Below are positions 17,568 through 25,129 of a stretch of 54,201 nt of DNA, in pieces. Positions within the stretch are counted from its first letter, which is position 1. Each line of letters opens with the position of its first letter. Below the pieces are notes generated by a model, which worked only from the letters and a program-made list of their open reading frames with translations, did no database searches and was not told where the DNA came from. The translations under genes and the position numbers were made by a program. The stretch lies in contig JAZNUO010000136.1 in assembly GCA_045592305.1 (NCBI GenBank), positions 1 to 54,201 on the forward strand, in the 5' to 3' direction. Source of the DNA: Eubacteriales bacterium. GTDB lineage: Bacteria; Bacillota; Clostridia; Oscillospirales; CAG-272.

Positions 17568-18524
17568 ATGGATGTATCAGTAAACGTATCCTTTAGGGAA
17601 CTTGTTAGATTTCATGGTTTGGCAGATTCTTTTAAATCGGATATTGCCAAAGAATGTAATGATTTAAAAGAGGCACTTGCCAAGTTGAAAGCAAACAGTT
17701 CTAATGAGGAAATCGAAGAAATAGAACAATGCGTGAAGCAAGTTGAGGACATCTTGGCGGCTTCAGAAGTTGATCTTCAAAGTCTTGTTCGAAAGATATC
17801 TGACTATGAACGGTTTGTTGTTAGATTAAAAATGGCATCGGGAGGATTTTCGTTTGGCAATCACGCTAATAAAGCGCAATCATTTAGATCATCTGTTCCC
17901 GATTTGAGGCACACTAATCAATCTTATACGAATGTTAACATCAACGGACAAACGATGTCTGTATATGATCATCCGCAATCCTTGGGAGACCAATTAAAAT
18001 CCGAACAAGGTAACAATGATTTGAATAAGATTGGTACGTGCTCACTGGTTTCATGTACGAATATTATGAAAATTGGTGGCGTATCGGAAAGCGAGAATTC
18101 CATTGTAAAAAATGCAACACAATGGGGATTGTGTTCTCGCTCTGGTGGAACGAATGCTTCTTTTTCGCAATTATCAGAGATTCTAAGTAGATATGGAATT
18201 GAAACGGAACGCAGTTCAACACTAACGCCCGAAGGATTGGCAAAGGTTGTTGAGAACGGACACGGCACAATCATTTCTGTTGACTCCAGCATTCTGTGGG
18301 GTGAGCCATCTATGAAGATCTTTCCTTCCGTTGACCATGCAATTACTGTTACGAGTGTTGCGAGGAATCCAAGTTCCGGCAAAATAGAAGGTTTCTTTGT
18401 CTGCGATAGTGGACGTTGTATGTCGAGTGATGCGAGCAGATTTGTCGATATCAATACAATGAAACGGGCGCACTTTTATGCAAGAAACCATGGAGCAATA
18501 TATACAAAGAATGTAATTTGGTGA
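17568..18524 (+). CDS. Helical N-terminal domain (paralogue 3) fused to a predicted papain-like Cys-His-Asp domain (toxin/effector candidate)
   Basis: The N-terminal 90 or so aa are homologous to the two upstream proteins. The C-domain has GTC(158)SLVSC, VDH(257)AITV and VCD(280)SG spaced as in cysteine peptidases. Confidence 0.6.
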   Translation: MDVSVNVSFRELVRFHGLADSFKSDIAKECNDLKEALAKLKANSSNEEIEEIEQCVKQVEDILAASEVDLQSLVRKISDYERFVVRLKMASGGFSFGNHANKAQSFRSSVPDLRHTNQSYTNVNINGQTMSVYDHPQSLGDQLKSEQGNNDLNKIGTCSLVSCTNIMKIGGVSESENSIVKNATQWGLCSRSGGTNASFSQLSEILSRYGIETERSSTLTPEGLAKVVENGHGTIISVDSSILWGEPSMKIFPSVDHAITVTSVARNPSSGKIEGFFVCDSGRCMSSDASRFVDINTMKRAHFYARNHGAIYTKNVIW

Positions 18525-18531
18525 GGTGGCT

Positions 18532-19011
18532 ATGATGACAATAAAAAGCATTGAAATGGCATATGAAGAAATATATGATTTTCTCGATGAAATCGATAGC
18601 CATCCTTTAAGCGCGCAAATCTCGCTTCCCATTCCTGACTTGGTAGATGGTGTTTGGGTGGATAAATATTTTGTCTATGAAGATGTTTCTGTTGGTGGTA
18701 AGCATATTGCATATTCTCCGGAGTGGATATTCACTTTTAGCGATGGTAGCATTTGTAGTCATACTCATTGTGAAGAGAGCAATTCAACAGTTGAATACAG
18801 ATTATCTAAATCATTGCAATCAAACATAGTAAATTATATTGAACAGTATAATCGTTTCAAATCCTTGCCTGTTTCTATTTGTGAAGACAAAAACAATGAA
18901 CAAGATATTATAGTTGATCAATATTTTGAAGCATTAAAAAATATCATACCGAAAGAGATATTAGGGTATTATACGACTTCGTCGGTATTATTAAGAATGT
19001 TGAGCAACTAA
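18532..19011 (+). CDS. Hypothetical protein in the immunity-gene position
   Basis: RBS gaggtgg. Starts 7 nt after the effector stop. No recognisable motifs. Confidence 0.5.
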   Translation: MMTIKSIEMAYEEIYDFLDEIDSHPLSAQISLPIPDLVDGVWVDKYFVYEDVSVGGKHIAYSPEWIFTFSDGSICSHTHCEESNSTVEYRLSKSLQSNIVNYIEQYNRFKSLPVSICEDKNNEQDIIVDQYFEALKNIIPKEILGYYTTSSVLLRMLSN

Positions 19012-19042
19012 ACGAGTCGGATAAACCAGAACACAAAAAATT

Positions 19043-19075
19043 TTAACGAGCACATCAGCCTATTGTGCTCGTTAA
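19043..19075. terminator. Bidirectional terminator between the operon and the convergent repressor gene
   Basis: 12-bp stem TTAACGAGCACA / TGTGCTCGTTAA flanked by A-run and T-run. Confidence 0.7.
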
Positions 19076-19080
19076 TTCTT

Positions 19081-19794
19081 TTATTTTTCAACAACCCCAA
19101 TAACCCTACCGCAGCAATAAATGCTATCGTTCTCGGTCAAAGGAATAGGCTTAAATTTTTCATTATGAGAGATCAGGCACTGGTTACCAAGCTCTTTGAT
19201 GTAAACGTCACCGTTGACAACGAAGATACCAACTTCGCCAACATCAATGGAGTCACACTTCTCAACGAATACCTTGTCCCCGTCATGGTATGTAGGCTCC
19301 ATACTGTCACCGCCAACGGAGATAACAAAGTCAGCCTGTTCCGCTTCTGTACTTTCGGGAACGAGCAATTCCTCTGCCAGATCACTGTCAAGGATATTTC
19401 CTGTACCGGCAGATGCAGGCATAGCAAACCAATCTATCTTCAGCATTCTCGGCTTGGGCTTTCTTGTCAGCACCGTCACACGTTTATATTCGCTGTCGAT
19501 CAAATAATCAACAACCTCTTTACCGTGCTCATCAAGGGCGCGGTATTTTTGTAATGTATTCCATTCGGTAGCGGTAGGGCGTTGCGCCATGGACTTGCAT
19601 CCGATCAGCTCATCCGCAGATACACCGAGCAGGTCGCAAAGCTTTGCCAGCTTATCGCAATCGGGGCGACCGATACCTTTCTCCCAGTTATAGATAACTC
19701 TGCCCGAGCTCTCCCCAAGAGCATCAGCGATGTCCTGCTGGGTCATGCCTTTTATATTACGGTACTTCTTTATCTGTTCGCCAATAAAGCTCAT
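19081..19794 (-). CDS. LexA/CI-like repressor (XRE HTH plus S24 self-cleaving peptidase domain)
   Basis: GMTQQDIADALGESSGRVIYNWEKG HTH. GDSMEPTYHDGDKVFVE is the S24 serine motif, and a Lys motif lies in GDVYIKEL. Confidence 0.9.
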   Translation of the reverse strand: MSFIGEQIKKYRNIKGMTQQDIADALGESSGRVIYNWEKGIGRPDCDKLAKLCDLLGVSADELIGCKSMAQRPTATEWNTLQKYRALDEHGKEVVDYLIDSEYKRVTVLTRKPKPRMLKIDWFAMPASAGTGNILDSDLAEELLVPESTEAEQADFVISVGGDSMEPTYHDGDKVFVEKCDSIDVGEVGIFVVNGDVYIKELGNQCLISHNEKFKPIPLTENDSIYCCGRVIGVVEK

Positions 19795-19825
19795 ACGGAT
19801 ATACCTCCAAGTGTATTACGCATCT

Positions 19826-19854
19826 ATTTTACCATACAAACTTGTATTTGTCAA
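19826..19854 (-). promoter_or_regulatory. Sigma-A type promoter for the repressor gene
   Basis: Minus strand reads TTGACA, 17 nt, TGgTAAAAT. Lies within the block shared with 6099-6147. Confidence 0.5.
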
Positions 19855-19884
19855 TAGAAACTCCAAAAATATTATATAATCCTA

Positions 19885-19913
19885 TTGACAATACAATATT
19901 ATTGTGTTATAAT
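19885..19913 (+). promoter_or_regulatory. Divergent consensus sigma-A promoter
   Basis: TTGACA, 17 nt, TGtTATAAT. Confidence 0.6.
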
Positions 19914-20005
19914 AACGAATGCCCAAGTAAATTGTAGTAATCGGTATATATCCATATATATTTGGAATTTCGGTAGCGCTACCGAAAATAGAAAGAGGTG
20001 AGATT

Positions 20006-20449
20006 TTGGAAAAGCGTAAGCGAGGACGTCCGAAGGTAGACACGCACATCACAGAGGGCAATTACAATAACCGCAGACAGGAATTGAATTATAAATATAT
20101 GTTTGAGGGCAGAGGTGTATTGTTGGATGCTGCCGATGAGATCCCGGAGAGTAATATATTGTATGAGGTGGATGACGCAAATTTTTGTTTTAAGGCTTGT
20201 AAGACCGGTATCCTTGAGCAGCTCGGTCGTTTGAGGGTTCAAGATAACGCCGCGCTTGAGGATTGTGTCATCGTTGCGAATTTTGCTATTGCCGCTCTTA
20301 AGGCTGGCGTTGGAGTGAAGGAAATCACTGTTGCAATTCGAAAGTTGCGAACAGCGTTGAAGAAATATTGTGCCGATGAAGAAAATGAATTCTTGCGGAT
20401 GGAATTTCGCAGGGCATTGTATGAGTTAAGAGAATTAGGCGGTGAATGA
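20006..20449 (+). CDS. Hypothetical protein (147 aa, basic N-terminus), TTG start
   Basis: RBS agaggtga 5 nt upstream of the TTG. Flanked by CGGTAGC/GCTACCG palindromes. Confidence 0.5.
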   Translation: MEKRKRGRPKVDTHITEGNYNNRRQELNYKYMFEGRGVLLDAADEIPESNILYEVDDANFCFKACKTGILEQLGRLRVQDNAALEDCVIVANFAIAALKAGVGVKEITVAIRKLRTALKKYCADEENEFLRMEFRRALYELRELGGE

Positions 20450-20751
20450 ATATCGGTAGCCGCTACCGAAATTATTTTCTCAATCATTTCGCTACAAATA
20501 TCAAAAATTGATATGCATGGAAACAAAGAAAAAGCGGTTGGAAAATAGGAATATCTGCAATTTACTCATTTACGGTGTACACCGAGAGAATATGAGCTTT
20601 TAGCGATTTTGAGAGAGGCAAACGGTACGTTGCCCGATGAGAGCCTCGCCGTTGGGAAAATCGCAAATAACGCCGATGCAGACCGAGGCTTTTTTGAGCC
20701 AAAATGGGGGTGCTTCTCACAGGACGGAAAAACAGGGGGTTTTTGAAAAAT

Positions 20752-21036
20752 ATGATTACAGGCATCAAGAAAACGCATAAAACGACCGAGATATATTTTG
20801 ATGAGGCTGGCGAGTGGACAACGGTCTGCACCTATAACACAAGCCTCAAGAATAGGCTCCTTGCCTTTTCGAAAGAGTACCCGGAGCTATGTAAATTGAA
20901 AGACGATGACGAGAACGGCTGGCAACGATTTGAAATCAGCAAGAACTGCTTCACCTACCGCATATCCGCGCCGTACTCCGAGGAACGAAAGGCAACGGCA
21001 AGAGCGAAAATGAACGAGCTCAATGCGAAGAAATAA
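20752..21036 (+). CDS. Hypothetical protein (start uncertain; the ORF opens at 20704)
   Basis: Coding-like composition. No strong RBS at either candidate start. Confidence 0.4.
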   Translation: MITGIKKTHKTTEIYFDEAGEWTTVCTYNTSLKNRLLAFSKEYPELCKLKDDDENGWQRFEISKNCFTYRISAPYSEERKATARAKMNELNAKK

Positions 21037-21309
21037 ATACCGCAGCTGTCACCTGTCACGCTGTCACACAGTTCAAAAACTGTGATGCAGGAAACAAATA
21101 AAAGGCCATCGGCAAAATAGCGTTTCAAAACCAACGTTTGAGTCTCGGATATTTTGCCGCACGCGGCAATGTCACTATTTTTTCTGCTTTCCCGACGCTT
21201 GCGTCTGGGGCAAGCATAGCGCGTGGATGTCCACCGCCAAATGGCGGCGCCCACCTCTCACCGTCCCTGCGCTCGCACCGGGACAAAATCGGGCAGAAGC
21301 CCGAACCCA

Positions 21310-21341
21310 CTTACCTTTTCTTTGCGGAAAGAAAAGGTAAG
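21310..21341 (+). promoter_or_regulatory. Candidate oriT inverted repeat
   Basis: Perfect 14-bp stem CTTACCTTTTCTTT-gcgg-AAAGAAAAGGTAAG, 48 bp upstream of mobC. Confidence 0.4.
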
Positions 21342-21389
21342 CCAAAAGAAACGAAATCAAAAATATAACACCAAGAAAGGAGATTTTAG

Positions 21390-21707
21390 TTGGGACGATT
21401 ACAATCAGAATCGATATCTCTTCACGTAACCCCGGAAGAAAAAAAGGCGATGGTTGAACGCATGAAGGAAGCCGTCTCACCATCGATGCGAGCCTTTATT
21501 TTGGACATGTGTATGCACGGAAAGGTCATCGTGAATTCAGATCTGCGAGAGCTGAACCAAGAGCTTCGCTATCAGGGAAACAACCTCAACCAGCTCACAA
21601 AGCTCTGCCATCAAGGCAGGATCTCTGCGGTCGATCTATCGGAATTGTTATCTCTTTATAGGCAGATTCTTCTTGCGCTCGGAGGTGAAAGCGATGGCGG
21701 TAATTGA
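21390..21707 (+). CDS. mobC: MobC-family relaxosome accessory protein, TTG start
   Basis: RYQGNNLNQLTKLCH matches the MobC GxNLNQ motif. RBS aaaggag. Confidence 0.75.
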   Translation: MGRLQSESISLHVTPEEKKAMVERMKEAVSPSMRAFILDMCMHGKVIVNSDLRELNQELRYQGNNLNQLTKLCHQGRISAVDLSELLSLYRQILLALGGESDGGN

Positions 21708-23136
21708 AAGTATTCCCGAAAAGAATCAGACGCCGAGCGCACAGAAAGGTGTGCTTGATTACTGTATGCAGCCGTCAAAAACGCTCGATGAGGACGAACA
21801 GCTCGCATATATTTCGGGATATAATTGTGTGCCGGAGTTAGCAAACGAGTCCTTCCTCGCAACGCAAAAGATATATGGTCACGAACCCGACGGCGTGAGG
21901 TTTTATCATTTCGTTCAGTCCTTCAAAATAGGCGAAGCAATCTCACCGCAAGAAGCAAACGATATCGGAATGGAGCTCGTCAAAGGCTTTGAAAAATTCA
22001 AAAATCACGAGGCAATCGTCGCCACTCATATAGACAAAGACCACCTCCACAATCATATTGTCGTGTGCAGTTATGACCTTGAAAGCGGTTTGAAATTGCA
22101 TTATAATCAATTTTTTCTCTCGGACTTACGGCAAAAGAGTGACGAGATATGTCAGGCTCATGGGCTGAACGTTCTCAAAAAATACAATCCGAATGTCAAA
22201 TCTCAACGCCTCGGCCCCAAGGAATATCGAGCTGCTATGAACGGCAACAGCTGGAAGATGGCTCTGCGAGTCGCAATTGATTTCTGTATGACGAGAGCTA
22301 CAAACAAGGACGAGTTTCAGCGCGAGATGAAGAAGCTCGGCTACGATATGGTGTGGATACCCGAGCGTAAATATATCACGTACATCTGCCCAACACAAAA
22401 CGGAAAAGAATGCAGAGTCCGTGATATAAAACTAAACGATGAAAAATATCTAAAGGAGAATATGGAACATGAATTCAGGATCAGGACAGAGTTATATGGA
22501 CAAGCTCAAGGCTCGGAATATTCCTCCGGCACTGCAAGAAGCGATGGAAGAAACAGCACCGGAGCAGATGGTGGAACAGGAGATTCCGACGGTGCAGATC
22601 AGCGCAGAGGAATGGATGAAGCTCAACGAAGCGGTGCGCAGAATGGAGGCTCTGTCAGCGGAGCTGTCGGCACAGAGGGCGGATTTGAAGGCATCAGCGG
22701 AGAGTTACGCCACAGTGATGAAGAAGGCGGCAGAGGCGCAGAAAGAGGCAACGGAGACTGCTCTGCGCAAGGTGACGAAGGAAGCTTCCGAACAGGTTGG
22801 GAAAGCGAGCGCGAGAGCTTCCGAAGTTATCGACAGAAGAATTCGTCGGGACGAGGCACTGTGGTGGCTCCGTCTCGCTCTCACGGCAGTTTCAATGCTG
22901 CTGGTATTGCTCTTATGGGTGTACGTGGGATTGCAAATGTAGGCAGTATCATCGAGGCTGACGGCGAGGAATCCGAGGAAGAAAAGCGCGAGCGAGAAGC
23001 AAGGCACGCAGGTGAGGCTGTTGGTGCTGTCGTAGGCTTCGGTATAGGTGCTGTGGTTGAGTTGACGAAACAAAAGCAGATGCCTACCGATGACGTTGAC
23101 GATGGTGAGGACGAAGGATTTGAAATTACGATGTAA
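21694..23136 (+). CDS. Relaxase/mobilisation nuclease (MobA/VirD2-type)
   Basis: YHFVQSF and THIDKDHLHNHIVV (HxDxxxHxH histidine triad). RBS ggaggtg. Overlaps the mobC end. The C-terminal third is G/S/E/R-rich. Confidence 0.85.
   Translation: MAVIESIPEKNQTPSAQKGVLDYCMQPSKTLDEDEQLAYISGYNCVPELANESFLATQKIYGHEPDGVRFYHFVQSFKIGEAISPQEANDIGMELVKGFEKFKNHEAIVATHIDKDHLHNHIVVCSYDLESGLKLHYNQFFLSDLRQKSDEICQAHGLNVLKKYNPNVKSQRLGPKEYRAAMNGNSWKMALRVAIDFCMTRATNKDEFQREMKKLGYDMVWIPERKYITYICPTQNGKECRVRDIKLNDEKYLKENMEHEFRIRTELYGQAQGSEYSSGTARSDGRNSTGADGGTGDSDGADQRRGMDEAQRSGAQNGGSVSGAVGTEGGFEGISGELRHSDEEGGRGAERGNGDCSAQGDEGSFRTGWESERESFRSYRQKNSSGRGTVVAPSRSHGSFNAAGIALMGVRGIANVGSIIEADGEESEEEKREREARHAGEAVGAVVGFGIGAVVELTKQKQMPTDDVDDGEDEGFEITM
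22469..22942 (+). CDS. Candidate nested out-of-frame gene inside the relaxase 3' third (coiled coil plus C-terminal TM)
   Basis: 157 codons. AAGGAG lies 10 nt upstream of the ATG. The product looks protein-like (A/E/K coiled coil, WWLRLALTAVSMLLVLLLWVYVGL), whereas the relaxase frame is low-complexity here. Confidence 0.35.
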   Translation: MNSGSGQSYMDKLKARNIPPALQEAMEETAPEQMVEQEIPTVQISAEEWMKLNEAVRRMEALSAELSAQRADLKASAESYATVMKKAAEAQKEATETALRKVTKEASEQVGKASARASEVIDRRIRRDEALWWLRLALTAVSMLLVLLLWVYVGLQM

Positions 23137-23150
23137 GAAAGGATGATGAT

Positions 23151-23570
23151 ATGACTTGGAAAAAGTTTTGGAAGCGTGTAAATGCTCTGATTCACGATAA
23201 CCGCACGGTACTTCGTGAGGGCGAGGACATCGAGAATTGGGAAGAATGTCAGCGCAAGCAGCGTGAGATAGAAGCAGAACGGCAGAGGAAAGAACAGGAA
23301 ATCCTCGCCACATGGTTCCTGCGCGAGGAATATCTCAACGCAGGTTGGTTCAAACGTCTACTCCTGCGAATAGAATTCGTCTTCCGTGATACGCGCGGAG
23401 AGAGCCATATTCCTCAGATACCGGACCATATCAGAAGGGAGATCGCCCGTTGTCTTCTGCCTGATATCGTTGCTTACTTTGAGTCGGAGAGAGGCCAAAA
23501 AGAATTCAATGAATGGAAAAGCACAAAGAACAAGCCCGAAACAGAGTTGAACTATCAAAAAAATGAATAA
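23151..23570 (+). CDS. Hypothetical protein (139 aa)
   Basis: RBS aaaggatg. Charged helical composition. Confidence 0.55.
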   Translation: MTWKKFWKRVNALIHDNRTVLREGEDIENWEECQRKQREIEAERQRKEQEILATWFLREEYLNAGWFKRLLLRIEFVFRDTRGESHIPQIPDHIRREIARCLLPDIVAYFESERGQKEFNEWKSTKNKPETELNYQKNE

Positions 23571-23594
23571 AATATCCGAATTTCGTCAAGTATA

Positions 23595-23623
23595 TTGACA
23601 AATAAGAAAAAATATAATATAAT
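23595..23623 (+). promoter_or_regulatory. Consensus sigma-A promoter
   Basis: TTGACA, 17 nt, TATAAT. Confidence 0.6.
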
Positions 23624-23644
23624 AATTAACAAGTGAGGTGTGTT

Positions 23645-25129
23645 ATGATTAATAATTCTTATTTTAAAGATCAACATGAAAATAATTTGCCTACTGTGAG
23701 AATTAAAAAGGCGAAATTAGAGAATTTCAAAAGTGTTGCGAAAGGTGAAATCGAATTTAATTGCGGAAAACAGCATGTACCTTACGGAACATCATCTGAT
23801 ATTCTTGGAATATATGGTCAAAACGGCTCAGGAAAAACATCTTTTATCGAGGCTTTGGCTATATTGAAAAGACTTCTTATGGGAGCGCGAGTTCCAGATG
23901 AATATGCAGAGTGTGTATCAAAAAATGCAGAATACGCACATTTGGAGTTTTCTTTTGATTTGCAATATCCTAACGGAGAGATACGCGAAGCAGTATATTC
24001 ATTTTGTATGTCACATGCAGCGTTGAACGAAGATGAGTATCAAGAGCGCTTCAAGGGGGCACCAGATGATTTTGATATTCCTCAAGACGTGGAAAAGGTA
24101 ATCATTTTTAATGAAAAATTACGGTTGTCTTGGAACGAAGATGGGAAAGACAGAATATTGCAAGATATTATTGATACTTCCAGTGTAAAGGCTCCGTTTG
24201 GTCCTGCACCCAAACTGAAGGCATTTATTGGTAACGCATCTGAACAATTGGTCGAATTGGAAGTTAGCAAAAGATTGGCAAAAGAAAAATCACAGTCGTT
24301 TATTTTCAGAAACGATACTATAAAAATTTTTGATGAGTGTGATTTGTATTCAGTCTTCTACCAAGTTATTTTGGAATTAAGATATTTTGCCTCGTTGTAC
24401 TTTTTTGTAATAGATACTAAATCAACAGGATTCATTAGATTGAACTTTGCGATTCCGATATATACTCGGTTTTCTCGCTTCACATTTGATGCTCACAATT
24501 CGGTTCAAATGTCAGACGAGGAATTAGAAGCAACAGCAAAACAGATCCAAGGAATTAGCATGGTATTAAACCAAATCGTTCCAGGATTGGCAATTGAATT
24601 TAAAAAATTATCCTCTGAAAAATCTGATGATGGCAATTCCAAGAATTCTGTTGTTCTTATTGCAAGAAGAGGAAACCAAGAACTGCCATTGCGAGATGAA
24701 TCTGATGGTGTAAGAAAAATCATTTCCGTATTAAGTTTGATAACTTCCGCCTATAATGATAGATCTTGTACTGTTGCAATAGATGAGTTTGATGCCGGAA
24801 TTTTCGAATATTTGCTTGGAGAGATTCTCGAGATTTTCGAAGAATCTGGAAAAGGTCAGTTTATATTCACGTCACACAATTTAAGACCTCTTGAAGTTAT
24901 TGATAAAAAGTTCCTTTACTTTACTACCTCCAATCCCAACAATCGCTTTGTTAAGTTGAAGAATATTGGAAATACTAATAATTTGCGCGACACTTACTTT
25001 AGAGAAATAGTAGTAGGCGAGCAAGATGAGGAAGTTTATAATAAAACAAAGCGACACAAGATCGTAGCTTCGCTAATGAAAGCAGGAGCTTGGGAGGTTG
25101 ACACATATGGGAAAAAAGCCAAGATATAA
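23645..25129 (+). CDS. ABC/SMC-like AAA ATPase (AbiLi/AriA/RloA-like)
   Basis: Walker A GIYGQNGSGKTSFIEAL, Walker B VAIDEFDAGIF, and FIFTSHNLRPLE. Confidence 0.85.
   Translation: MINNSYFKDQHENNLPTVRIKKAKLENFKSVAKGEIEFNCGKQHVPYGTSSDILGIYGQNGSGKTSFIEALAILKRLLMGARVPDEYAECVSKNAEYAHLEFSFDLQYPNGEIREAVYSFCMSHAALNEDEYQERFKGAPDDFDIPQDVEKVIIFNEKLRLSWNEDGKDRILQDIIDTSSVKAPFGPAPKLKAFIGNASEQLVELEVSKRLAKEKSQSFIFRNDTIKIFDECDLYSVFYQVILELRYFASLYFFVIDTKSTGFIRLNFAIPIYTRFSRFTFDAHNSVQMSDEELEATAKQIQGISMVLNQIVPGLAIEFKKLSSEKSDDGNSKNSVVLIARRGNQELPLRDESDGVRKIISVLSLITSAYNDRSCTVAIDEFDAGIFEYLLGEILEIFEESGKGQFIFTSHNLRPLEVIDKKFLYFTTSNPNNRFVKLKNIGNTNNLRDTYFREIVVGEQDEEVYNKTKRHKIVASLMKAGAWEVDTYGKKAKI

Noticed and set aside
8275-19011. 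Canonical type VIIb secretion locus.
   Set aside because: The ATPase lacks TM and FHA regions. No EsaA/EssA/EssB-like membrane components are present, and the small proteins lack WxG. Only the gene grammar resembles T7SSb, so it is kept as an analogy within a finding rather than as a call.
19063-19554. 163-codon + strand ORF.
   Set aside because: Antisense to the LexA/CI-like repressor gene, which has clear HTH and S24 motifs.
21125-21483. Several 60-100 codon ORFs on both strands in the mobC upstream gap.
   Set aside because: They have no RBS and overlap one another. The region is better explained as hairpin-rich oriT/regulatory DNA.
22705-23313. Minus-strand ORFs (202 and 104 codons) opposite the relaxase 3' end.
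   Set aside because: This is the third open frame over the same purine-rich stretch. There is no RBS, and the orientation opposes the whole mob operon.
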